From the NCBI RefSeq assembly GCF_031769215.1, contig NW_026781952.1, forward strand, positions 124,001-188,000: a DNA stretch of 64,000 bases, in the 5' to 3' direction. The translations under genes were made by a program, and so were the position numbers. The DNA comes from Ylistrum balloti. Lineage: Eukaryota. Shown here one piece after another: positions 14,259 to 26,564 of this stretch; the first letter of the stretch is position 1; every line of letters starts with the position of its first letter. The notes beneath the pieces are model-generated. The model had not been told where the DNA came from. It ran no database searches and saw only the letters and a list, made by a program, of their open reading frames with translations.

Positions 14259-15880
14259 GGCAGGAGTACTGATAACTCTCTCTCTTTGAATTTGTCTGTT
14301 AAGGCAGGAGTATTGATAACTCTCTCTTTAAATTTGTCTGTTAAGGCAGGAGTACTGATAACTCTCTCTTTGAATTTGTCAGTTAAGGCAGGAGTACTGA
14401 TAACTCTCTCTTTGAATTTGTCAGTTAAGGCAGGAGTACTGATAACTCTCTCTTTGAATTTGTCAGTTAAGGCAGGAGTACTGATAACTCTCTCTTTGAA
14501 TTTGTCAGTTAAGGCAGGAGTACTGATAACTCTCTCTTTGAATTTGTCAGTTAAGGCAGGAGTACTGATAACTCTCTCTTTGAATTTGTCAGTTAAGGCA
14601 GGATAACTGATAACTCTCTCTTTAAATTTGTCAGTTAAGGCAAGAGTATTGATAACTCTCTCTTTGAATTTGTCAGTAAAGGCTGGAGTACTGATTACTC
14701 TCTCTTTGAATTTGTCAGTAAAAGCAGGAGTACTGATAACTCTCTCTTTAAATTCGTCTGTTAAGGCAGGAGTATTGATAACTCTCTCTTTGAATTTGTC
14801 TGTTAAGGCAGGTGTACAGATAACTCTCTTTGAATTTGTCTGTTAAGGCAGGAGTACTGATAACTCTCTCTTTGAATTTGTCAGTTAAGGCAGGAGTACT
14901 GATAACTCTCTCTTTGAATTTGTCTGTTAAGGCAGGAGTATTGATAACTCTCTCTTTGAATTTGTCTGTTAAGGCAAGAGTATTGATAACTCTCTCTTTG
15001 AATTTGTCTGTTAAGGCAGGAGCACTGATAACTCTCTCTTTGAATTTGTCTGTTAAGGCAGGAGTATTGATAACTCTCTCTTTGAATTTGTCTGTTAAGG
15101 CAGGTGTACAGATAACTCTCTTTGAATTTGTCTGTTAAGGCAGGAGTACTGATAACTCTCTCTTTGAATTTGTCAGTTAAGGCAGGAGTACTGATAACTC
15201 TCTCTTTGAATTTGTCAGTTAAGACAGGAGTACTGATAACACTCTCTTTGAATTTGTCAGTTAAGGCAGGAGTACTGATAACTCTCTCTTTGAATTTGTC
15301 TGTTAAGGCAGGTGTACAGATAACTCTCTCTTTGAATTTGTCAGTTAAGGCAGGAGTACTGATAACTCTCTCTTTGAATTTGTCAGTTAAGGCAGGAGTA
15401 CTGATAACTCTCTCTTTGAATTTGTCTGTTAAGGCAGGAGTACCGATAACTCTCTTTGAATTTGTCTGTTAAGGCAGGAGTATTGATAACTCTCTCTTTG
15501 AATTTGTCTGTTAAGGCAAGAGTATTGATAACTCTCTCTTTGAATTGGTCTGTTAAGGCAGGAGTACTGATAACTCTCTCTTTGAATTTGTCTGTTAAGG
15601 AAGGAGTATTGATAACTCTCTTTGAATTTGTCTGTTAAGGCAGGAGTATTGATAACTCTCTCTTTGAATTTGTCTGTTAAGGCAAGAGTATTGATAACTC
15701 TCTCTTTGAATTTGTCTGTTAAGGCAGGAGTATTGATAACTCTCTCTTTGAATTTGTCTGTTAAGGCAAGAGTATTGATAACTCTCTCTTTGAATTTGTC
15801 TGTTAAGGCAGGCGTACAGATAACTCTTTCTCTTTAGACGTCAGTCAGTTAGGGCAGGGGTATTGACAACTCTCTCCCTG
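14259..15880. repeat. Minisatellite, 42-bp unit GGCAGGAGTACTGATAACTCTCTCTTTGAATTTGTCAGTTAA, starting immediately after the TARBP1 stop
   Basis: About 38 copies. The ORF track shows the 14-aa period LITLSLNLSVKAGV, with frameshifts at 40-bp variants. Confidence 0.97.
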
Positions 15881-16459
15881 AGTTGGTCACTTAAGGCTCG
15901 AGTACAACATCAACGACTCACAGGGAAAAGATTAACTCTCCCTGATTTTATCATTGAAGTCATGAGTAGCTTGACATGTATAAATGCTTCCTCCATGTCT
16001 ATGGTGGTCGGAGTGGCATAACAACAAATCATAAACCCTGGGGAACTGACATATCATTACCTCACCCACAGTGTCCGTGTCTTTATAGGGATGAAAAGTC
16101 ATAGATTTGTTTAATAACTTTGGAACTGAAAACATTTCACTCAGTATTGCTAATATAAAAGTGCTCAGGATATTTATTATGTCACATTCTTGACATTTTG
16201 ATAAAGAAGTAAAAATGTCATTAAAATTTGCATATGATATCGTGCAATAAACTTATGTTTGAAAATCTGTGCTGCGTCTTGTGTATTATAGAAAATTTGA
16301 TGCAGATAGATTTTTTTTAGGCCATAGCCAGTCAGAAGAGGTGTGATGAAAAATTGAAAAGATCTTGTTATGAAGAAATGTATGATTAAACCAGTTGTGT
16401 TATTGATTCAAAAGCAGCTGTAACATTTACATAAATACCTGATATAAAACTAAACCTCT

Positions 16460-19185
16460 TACTCAGTGTCAGGCGGGCTTATCACAAGACAAAGGTTAAG
16501 GCCAGCAGGGCAACACATTACCTCTAACTCGGTGTCAGGGGCAGGCTTATCACAAGACAAAGGTTAAGGTCAACAGGACAGCACATTACCTCTAACTCGG
16601 TGTGCTTATCACAAGACAAAGGTTAAGGTCAACAGGACAGCACATTACCTCTAACTCGGTGTCAGGGACCGGTTTATCACAAGACAAAGGTTAAGGTCAA
16701 CAGGACAGCACATTACCTCTAACTCGGTGTCAGGTGTGGGTTTATCACAAGACAAAGGTTAAGGTCAACAGGACAGCACATTACCTCTAACTCGGTGTCA
16801 GGGGCAGGCTTATCACAAGACAAAGGTTAAGGTCAACAGGACAGCACATTACCTCTAACTCGGTGTCAGGGGCAGGCTTAACACAAGACAAAGGTTAAGG
16901 TCAACAGGACAGCACATTACCTCTAACTTGGTGTCAGGGGCTAGTTTATCACAAGACAAAGGTTAAGGCCAGCAGGGCAACACATTACCTCTAACTCAGT
17001 GTTAGGGGTGGTTTTATTACAAGACAAAGTTTTGGGTCAGCAGAACAGCACATTATCTCTAACTCGGTGTCAGGGGCGGGTTTATCACAAGACAAAGGTT
17101 AGGGTCAACAGGACAACACATTACCTCTAACTCGATGTCAGGGGCCGGTTTATCACAAGACAAAGGTTAAGGCCAGCAGGGCAACACATTACCTCTAACT
17201 CAGTGTCAGGGGTGGGTTTATCACAAGACAAAGGTTAAGGTCAGCAGGACAGCACATTACCCCTGACTCAGTGTCAGGGGCAGGTTTATCACAAGACAAA
17301 GGTTAGGTTAAGGCTAGCAGGACAACACATTACCTCTAACTCAGTGTTAGGGGTGGTTTTATCACAAGACAAAGGTTAGGGTCAGCAGAACAGCACTTTA
17401 TCTCTAACTCGGTGTCAGGGGTGGGTTTATCACAAGACAAAGGTTAAGGCCAGCAGGGCAACACATTACCTCTAACTCAGTGCCAGGGGTGGGTTTATCA
17501 CAAGACAAAGGTTAGGGTCAGCAGAACAGCACATTATCTCTAACTCGGTGTCAGGGGCGGGTTTATCACAAGACAAAGGTTAGGGTCAACAGGACAACAC
17601 ATTACTTCTTACTCGGTGTCAGGAGGGCTTATCACAAGACAAAGGTTAGGTTAAGGCCAGCAGGACAACACATTACATCTCAGTGTCAGGGGCAGGCTTA
17701 TCACAAGATAAAGGTTAAGGTCAACAGGACAGCACATTACCTCTAACTCGGTGTCAGGGGCCGGTTTATCACAAGACAAAGGTTAAGGCCAGCAGGGCAA
17801 CACATTACCTCTAACTCAGTGTTAGGGGTGGTTTTATTACAAGACAAAGTTTTGGGTCAGCAGAACAGCACATTATCTCTAACTAAGGGGCGGGTTTATC
17901 ACAAGACAAAGGTTAGGGTCAACAGGACAACACATTACCTCTAACTCGATGTCAGGGGCCGGTTTATCACAAGACAAAGGTTAAGGCCAGCAGGGCAACA
18001 CATTACCTCTAACTCAGTGTCAGGGGTGGGTTTATCACAAGACAAAGGTTAAGGTCAGCAGGACAGCACATTACCCCTGACTCAGTGTCAGGGGCAGGTT
18101 TATCACAAGACAAAGGTTAGGTTAAGGCTAGCAGGACAACACATTACCTCTAACTCAGTGTTAGGGGTGGTTTTATCACAAGACAAAGGTTAGGGTCAGC
18201 AGAACAGCACTTTATCTCTAACTCGGTGTCAGGGGTGGGTTTATCACAAGACAAAGGTTAAGGCCAGCAGGGCAACACATTACCTCTAACTCAGTGCCAG
18301 GGGTGGGTTTATCACAAGACAAAGGTTAGGGTCAGCAGAACAGCACATTATCTCTAACTCAGTGTCAGGGGCAGGTTTATCACAAGACAAAGGTTAGGTT
18401 AAGGCTAGCAGGACAACACATTACCTCTAACTCAGTGTTAGATGTGGTTTTATCACAAAGTTAAGGCCAAAGGCAACACATTACCTCTAACTCAGTGTCA
18501 GGGGTGGGTTTATCACAAGACAAAGGTTAGGGTCAACAGGACAACACATTACCTCTAACTCAGTGTTAGGGGTGGTTTTATTACAAGACAAAGTTTTGGG
18601 TCAGCAGAACAGCACATTAGGTTAGGGTTTATCACAAGACAAAGGTTAGGGTCAACAGGACAACACAGCAAGACAAAGGTTAAGGCCAGCAGGGGTGTCA
18701 GGGGTGGGTTTATCACAAGACAAAGGTTAAGGCAAGACAGCAGGGCAACACATTACCTCTAACTCAGTGCCAGGGGTCAGGGGTGGGTTTATCACAAGAC
18801 AAAGGTTAAGGCCAGCAGGGCAACACATTACCTCTAACTCACAAGACAAAGGTTAGGGTCAGCAGAACAGCACATTATCTCTAACTCGGTGTCAGGGACG
18901 GGTTTATCACAAGACAAAGGTTAGGGTCAACAGGACAACACATTACCTCTTACTCGGTGTCAGGAGGGCTTATCACAAGACAAAGGTTAGGTTAAAGCCA
19001 GCAGGACAACACATTACATCTCAGTGTCAGGGGGTTTATCACAAGACAAAGGTTAAGGTCAGCAGGACAGCACATTACCCCTGACTCAGTGTCAGGGGCA
19101 GGTTTATCACAAGACAAAGGTTAGGTTAAGGCTAGCAGGACAACACATTACCTGTGACTTAGCGTCAGGGGTGGGCTTATCATAA
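16460..19185. repeat. Minisatellite, about 68-bp unit with higher-order structure, between TARBP1 and DMAC2
   Basis: TTATCACAAGACAAAGGTT recurs every 68 bp or so (16742, 16810). The variant unit GTTTTATTACAAGACAAAGTTTTGGG recurs at 17011, 17831 and 18575. Confidence 0.95.
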
Positions 19186-19729
19186 GACATTGGAATAGTA
19201 ATTGGTTGTAATGCTACTACACAACTTAAGATATGGATTGATGTACTTATATTAACATGCATGGGCATAGGGTATTAAATTTAGTCATGAAAATTGTAGT
19301 GGCTACCATACATTGATCCAATCACTTCTTCACAATATTCTGCTACCTAACCACCATTGATACTAAAAGTGGCCCCATATGTTGTCTGTGATTGGAAAAC
19401 CCTTAAGTATCTGATTACGTTGCCTTGGTAACATACTAGCCACTCCTTGATGACTTGCCTTGTAAGGATTCCTATTCAGTAAAATGTTAGACAAATAAAG
19501 CTAAGGCTGTCAATTCCGACTTTCAAATACATACATTGTATGTATATTGAGAGATCTAGTGTGAAGGTTCCTAGAATATAATAATGAAAGAAGGTGTCAA
19601 TAACTGAGATTTTAATAAAATTTATTTACAAAATTATTTTCACAACTGCATCAACATTTCACATGTGTTTGAAAATTAAAAGCAATTAAGATGAAGTCTG
19701 TTTTTTTTTACAGTTATCATTCTTTGTAA

Positions 19730-22700
19730 CTACGTTGTTATATGGTCCCTGTTTGGTGGGGCAGGTTCTATGTCCTCCTGAACTGGTGAAGTCCCAATAA
19801 TCCCCTGGACTTGACAGTTTGGTAACATATCCCTGATTAAATCAATTACAACTTCCGGATCTTCTACACCCTTCAAATCATCCAATCTTAAACACTTCAA
19901 ATTCCTGAAACATGAGATAGGACATTTCATACCATCCTGAAACATGAGATAGGACATTTCATACCATCCTGAAACATGAGATAGGACATTTCATACCATC
20001 CTGAAACATGAGATAGGACATTTCATACCATCCTGAAACATGAGATAGGACATTTCATACCATCCTGAAACATGAGATAGGACATTTCATACCATCCTGA
20101 AACATGAGATAGGACATTTCATCCATCCTGAAACATGAGATAGGACATTTCTACCATCCTGAAACATGAGATAGGACATTTCATACCATCCTGAAACATG
20201 AGATAGGACATTTCATACCATTCTGAAACATGAGATAGGACATTTCTACCATCAAGTTTTTTATTATTCTATATTTTACTACCACCTTCAAAATGCTGTA
20301 CTGTTTCTATTTCATTTTTTATTTAAACATTCATGTCTTCAGAAACATTTTTTCATGACAGGAGTTATCACAATATTTGTGACAACAGGAGCTGTACAGT
20401 ACAGAGAAGATAAGACAATGCAGAGATTGTTGAACAACCAGTAGTGGGACATATCTGCCATATCTGCTTCTTTATGAACAGCTATTCACAGTAGAATAAT
20501 GTCACTTAAAATTCTCACACTTCAAACTATCAATTCTACAGCATGTGAATAACTAGTGCTACCAAGATAAAATAAGGTAAAATATAACACTTTGTTGACT
20601 ACTATTCCTTAACAATTCCACCAGCTCAATGGCACAAGTGGAACTGAAGAAGTTTAAAATATGCATTTCAAGATAGCTGCCATGGCAACAGAAATGACAA
20701 CACTTGGTCAGGACCATCTAAGGATCATTTCATGCAAGATTAAGCTCATTCCCACTAGGGAAACTTGAGAAAAAGTTTGAAATGTCTAAAGTTTCTGCAC
20801 GGCACATGGCAGACAATGATGGCAATAGGTAATCATGATCCTTCAGGTCAGATGACCTAAAGAGTCATATGACTGGCATGACTTAAATCAGAAATAAATT
20901 TAATCTAAGTCAAAAGACAGCTTTTATTGTATATGTATATATACTTTGTTTTCAAATTGTTGTTGTGCTGAAATTTTTAACTTGGCAAGAGTTGCTACTA
21001 TACAATAGATTTTGTCACAGACGCATTTACAGTAAAGAGTTTCATAGTTCACAATTTTACAATTGGTAACATCAAATTGCTATACCAAATTAAATCCAAA
21101 CCAAATAGAATTCATTCTCTATGATTTTGAATAAACTTTCATTCACTGGTGTGAGAATGTTTGTAACATATAGGGTATATATTTGTAACAAGAAATGTTC
21201 TTACTCTAGATGGTGAAGCCACGCCAGTCCCCGCTCTGTCAGTTGGGGACACCTGCTAATATCAAGAAACTCCAGGCTGTCACGAAAAAGTGCAAACTGA
21301 GTCAAACTGAAGTCATCAAAGATGTCATTATCCCAAATACGGATATATCGTACATTCTGTAGGTTTACTGTAATAAAGAAAAACAGTGTCAGGATAGTCA
21401 ATAACACAGTTTGGTAAATTTTCCCATAGTCAAAACATAACCCTGTTCAATTTTTGGCAAATTTTCCAAAAGTCAAAATATACCACTGTACTACTTTTGA
21501 GAAATTTTCCTATTGCCCACACAAATCCATGTACTATTTGCGGAAATTTTCCGAAGGTCAAAACATGCTCCTGTATACTACATTTCACAGAAAATTTTCC
21601 CAAAAAGTCAAAACATGTCCCTGTACTACATTTGGTAGTAATTTTCTAGCTATCTAGTTCTTTCAAAATTATGAACTTGGCCCACTTGCAAGGTCACAAG
21701 GGCCATAATTTGGGCCTCTAGCTTGCTGGAATGAATGACTTAGCTTTGACCTTTTATTTATTAAGAAGAAGCTGTTTGAAGATTTTAACATGTTAGGCCC
21801 TGTGACATTGAAAGTGGGTAAAGGACCTTCAACTGAAAAACACTTGGTAGCCCTTCATCCAAGCATGCTACAGGCCCAAAGTCAGTACCCTAAATTTTTG
21901 GTTATTGAGAAGAAGTTGTTTAAAGATCTTGACACAATTGACTCCCGTGACCTTGAAGGTTGGTCAAGGTCATTCAGTCATTCATTTGAACAAATTTCGT
22001 AGCCTTCATTCAAGCATGCTACAGACCATAAATAAGAACACTGGGCATTTTGGTTATTGAGAGGGAGTTATTTGAACAGAAATTGACACACAATGAACAA
22101 CAGATGAAACCCGATGGCTATAGGTTATCCTTACCCTTCTGGTCAGATGACCTAAAAATTGGCCAGTTCAATTTCAATTATAAATTGGCCTGACAACGTA
22201 ATTACTCAATACTTACCAAAATTCCTGAATGCCTCGAAAACAATAGGTACTCCTGAGAGGTCTAGCCCTTCCACTTTCATGGTTTCTAAGCGACCATCTG
22301 GTTTGAGAAACATTAATGAACTGCCCGACTCTTCTGACAATGGGATCCAGTTCTTAACGCCATCAATTTTTATTTTTCCACCATTGTCAAGAACAAACTG
22401 AGCTGCTGACATATCCGGGCCCAGCGACTCATATCGCTGCATGTCAAAACTGTAGAAACAGAGTTAATGGTACAGTAGTGATGGAGGGTTCAACAATGAC
22501 AACCTCAACCTTTCCTATCTCTAAAATCTAAAAACAAGTATAATACTTCACGCACAAATTTATCTAAAGGGACTACTGATATACAGATTTATCTATAGGG
22601 ACTACGGATATACAGATTTATCTATAGGGACTACTGATATACAGATTTATCTATGGGGACTACGGATATACAGATTTATCTATGGGGACTACTGATATAC

Positions 22701-25700
22701 AGATTTATCTATGGGGACTACGGATATACAGATTTATCTATGGGGACTACTGATATACAGATTTATCTATAGGGACTACTGATATACAGATTTATCTATG
22801 GGGACTACTGATATACAGATTTATCTATAGGGACTACTGATATACAGATTTATCTATGGGGACTACTGATATACAGATTTATCTATAGGGACTACGGATA
22901 TACAGATTTATCTATAGGGACTACTGATATACAGATTTATCTATGGGGACTACTGATATATAGATTTATCCATGGGGACTACTTATATATAGATTTATCT
23001 ATAGGGACTACAGATATGCAGATTTATCTATGGGGACTACTTATATATAGATTTATCTATAGGGACTACAGATATGCAGATTTATCTATGGGGACTACTT
23101 ATATATAGATTTATCCATGGGGACTACTTATATATAGATTTATCTGAAGGGACAACTGATATACAGATTTATCTATAGGGACTACTGATATACAGATTTA
23201 TCTATAGGGACTACGGATATACAGATTTATCTATGGAGCTACAGATATACAGATTTATCTATAGGAACTACTACGGATATACAGATTTATCTATGGGGAC
23301 TACGGATATACAGATTTATCTATAGGGACTACGGATATACAAATTTATCTATGGGGACTACGGATATACAAATTTATCTATAGGGACTACGGATATACAG
23401 ATTTATCTATGGGGACTACTGATATATAGATTTATCTATGATATACAAATTTATCTATAGGGACTACGGATATACAGATTTATCTATGGGGACTACTGAT
23501 ATATAGATTTATCTATGGGGACTACGGATATACAGATTTATCTATGGGGACTACGGATATACAAATTTATCTATGGGGACTACGGATATACAAATTTATC
23601 TATGGGGACTACTGATATATAGATATACTACTTATATATTTATCTATAGGGACTACAGATATATAGATTTATCATGGGGACTACTTATATATAGATATAC
23701 AGATTTATCTATAGGGACTACTGATATACAGATTTATCTATAGGGACTACGGATATACAGATTTATCTATGGGGCTACAGATATACAGATTTATCTATGG
23801 GGCTGCAGATATACAGATTTATCTATGGGGCTACAGATATACAGATTCATCTTTGGGTACTACGGATATACAGAGTTGTCCTTCCAAGCCCAGAATACAC
23901 ACAGGTAGTTCTAGTTTCTGAGATGGCCCTTTATAATTAGCTACAAGGTGTGAACATACTGTATATGTTTGAGTGTCCATTAAACACTCTGAATAAAATA
24001 ATTCAGTATAAAAAGACCATAAAAAAAAGAAGGCAGTTGATTCAATTAGCAAGTAAATATTCTTTTCAACAATAGTGATGTTTGATGGTTTTCAGTCTTT
24101 TCTGTTCTGATGTATGTCACACTCTCACATATAGAAACCAGTAACACTGAAACTACCATATGGATCAGGCAGACAACTCTGTATATCAGTAGATGGACAT
24201 TTAGTAGAGTTCAATCAAAGTGTATTGATTCTGCTTACTCTTGAAAGGATTTAAGGAGTTATAACTGCTTAAATAGTATTGATTGATGTACTATCACAAA
24301 ATACAGACATTGGGACATCAGCTGTAGCACAAGTTTATGGCAATGAATTGAGCTGAATTTACCTTTGTTTTTTAACTTTATTCTGCCATATCTTCTTCTG
24401 TAACATCTCTTGGATAGACTCTAAAGTGAAATCTTGATATGTTGTCCATTTTGTTTCAGGAGTTGGCTTTCTCAAACTTGCACTCCAAAAATCCACTATA
24501 CGATCAAGTCGAGTTTTCTCGCCTGTGTCGTTAGGTGGTGACGGCTCTGAAGCAGGTGACCGGTGTGAAGTAGATTGGTATAGCATTTTTTTAAAAGTAG
24601 TAGACATTCTTTTTAATGAATTACGCTTGAACAGGCATCTCTGGAATAAAAAGAATAAATTTTGTGGTGCTGTAGAAAGATTATTTTCCAACAAGTCCTG
24701 GTAAACAAACTAACATGTCCTAAATTCACCTTGAAACAGATAGAGTGTGCTATTGACAGGCCATTGTCCACACTGTAGGTCAGACTGACTTCAGTCAAAA
24801 CATACTAAGTCAGAAGGTCATTGTCCACACTGTAGGTCAGACTGACTTCAGTCAAAACATACTAAGTCAGAAGGTCATTGTCCACACTGTAGGTCAGACT
24901 GACTTCAGTTAAGTTCAATTAAGTTGTCTCACTTTTTGTATAAATGGCCCAGAGGGCCTGTATTGCCTGCCTGGGTATTTAAGTCAACAATGCAAAACTT
25001 CACATTTCTTTAGAAGAAAAATATTTCCCCTGATGAGCCTTACCCCACAGATGCAGCTTCAAATTCCCTAGGGGTGGGGACAAAGATCAGATGTTAATAT
25101 CTTGATGTCCAGCAATGTTATTAAGTTATGGGATGGTAATCTCAATGGCTTCAAAGACAAATTATCAGTTATGATTGTGTTTATCTCCATGTGCTCAGAT
25201 ATGCTATAGATACTCAGCGGGGATCACTTTAAAGAAATTGATAGATTTTACCTATTGATCCCCGCCCATCTAGCCCCACGGGGCTCAGACCCCCCACCCC
25301 CTCCTTTATACAAAATTGATTTCATATCACCTAAGGATGCTTCAGACCAAATTTGATGAAAATCTGCTCAGTTGTTCATTAATAATTGCAATATATATTA
25401 AAAGTAGACAGATGATGGTCGGACACCAGACGCCACAGTATCCCAGTAAAGCTCACTTGGCTTTCAGCCCAGGTGAGCTGAAAATTATAAAATTTATCAC
25501 CTCCATTGTTTATCATCTGTTTACAGTGTGGATAAAAACAGAACACATGTAAATTCATGTTCGCCTATGACATTGGTGCTGAATGCTGCCACTGGGTATA
25601 CATTGTAGTCAATGGAGAACAAAGCCAGTGATATATATTGTCAATTTAACACAGAGTTTGATAAAAGAAAAGGATATTCCCTATGTAGTTGTATAAATTA

Positions 25701-26328
25701 TCACATTGGTCATATCAAAAAGATGACACCCTTTTTTGTAGCAAATTTTTTAATGAAATTTGTGTTTCTATTTCAGAATGACAATGCATTTGAGTATCTA
25801 ATTGATGATTACTCAAAACAGTAACTATCCCTCAAATGCAGGACTATTTACCGTATGAGAGGTTGCCCAACCTATTAAAACCCATTGAGTATGTAATTAA
25901 TAGCATAACATTCCCGGAAATATGTGCGTGCACCGACCTTGCTTTATGCAGTATTTTGAAAACTAATGATATTCAGCCATGTTGTTTCCGACAGGAATGA
26001 CCGGACCCCTCAAACTGCACGTGCCGAATAATCAACAGTCTAGCATCTTTGCTGATATATAACTGATGTTTTTTAAGCGTGTACCTAGGTATATGTTGAG
26101 GGTTTAGCCAGTCCGAAAAACAACAATCACAAAATTCAAGGTGAACTACCCCTAAAGCTGCGCTTTCATATAAGTATAGAAAAGTAAAGTCTAATCTACG
26201 TTTGTATGAACCCTACGCTACTAATGTTTTAAGTGTTGGAAAATAAAGTAAGAAGATACACTCTGTGAATATGAATGGTAGCTAGCATGCGAAAAAACTT
26301 TACGTACCCGTCCAGTTAAGGAAGCCAT
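19730..26328 (-). CDS. DMAC2: Distal membrane-arm assembly complex protein 2 (ATP5SL), mitochondrial complex I assembly factor with LRR-like fold; 5 coding exons
   Basis: Minus-strand exons 26328-26308 (MASLTGR), 24640-24363, 22449-22217, 21367-21205, 19904-19730 (TAG), intron phases 0,2,1,2. Motifs RYESLGPDMSAAQFVLDNGGKIK, DSLEFLDISRCPQLTERGLAWLHHLENLKCLRLDDLKGV and MLPNCQVQG match recalled DMAC2 ([27 protein letters not shown]...MLPNCEV). Confidence 0.85.
19904..20252. repeat. 32-bp tandem repeat, about 11 copies, that includes the DMAC2 last-exon acceptor
   Basis: CCTGAAACATGAGATAGGACATTTCATACCAT recurs at 19904, 19936 and onward; on the minus strand each unit ends TTTCAG|G. Confidence 0.95.
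21660..22160. mobile_element. Fragments of a dispersed repeat (TGACCTT / CAAGCATGCTACAG / GGTCAGATGACCTAA family)
   Basis: CAAGCATGCTACAG occurs twice internally, and GGTCAGATGACCTAA is shared with about 20826-20840. The class is not determined. Confidence 0.35.
22555..23870. repeat. Minisatellite, 29-bp unit GGGACTACTGATATACAGATTTATCTAT(A/G), in a DMAC2 intron
   Basis: GGGACTAC occurs at 22569, 22598 and onward. Confidence 0.95.
24760..24909. repeat. 57-bp tandem repeat, about 2.6 copies
   Basis: CATTGTCCACACTGTAGGTCAGACTGACTTCAGT occurs at 24762, 24819 and 24876. Confidence 0.9.
24942..25484 (+). mobile_element. Helentron-derived non-autonomous (HINE-like) dispersed repeat
   Basis: It starts with GGCCCAGAGGGCC and ends in the hairpin AGCTCACTTGG-CTTTCAGC-CCAGGTGAGCT followed by AAAA, an end structure recalled from bivalve HINE-type repeats. 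Confidence 0.5.
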
Positions 26329-26564
26329 GCTGGATTTTGCTTATGATGCTTAAAAAATGAGAAAAAACTTTACTTTTTGTTAACAAGAATGTAATAAAAC
26401 ATAGTTTACAAATTGATGAAGTATCATATTGGCATTTTATGTGTTATTACAAAGCATAATTAAATTGATATACAATGATATGTAATTTTAATTTGTGGTA
26501 ACTTGAGCGACGCAGTCTGTAGTTTCACTTTAGTCGCTATAAATAGTTTGAGGGACAGAACTCG
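26329..26564. promoter_or_regulatory. Putative bidirectional promoter between DMAC2 and DMAC2L
   Basis: 236 bp separate the divergent ATGs. A TATAAA lies near 26538-26543 and CTGTAGT (ACTACAG on the minus strand) near 26518. TSS positions are not known. Confidence 0.55.

Noticed and set aside
14121-15837. Long ORFs repeating LITLSLNLSVKAGV
   Set aside because: They are translations of the 42-bp minisatellite after the TARBP1 stop, they frameshift at 40-bp variants, and the true exon is in another frame.
25820-26160. Possible DNA-transposon end (AAGGTGAACTACCCCTAAAG)
   Set aside because: No convincing partner inverted repeat or TSD could be found.
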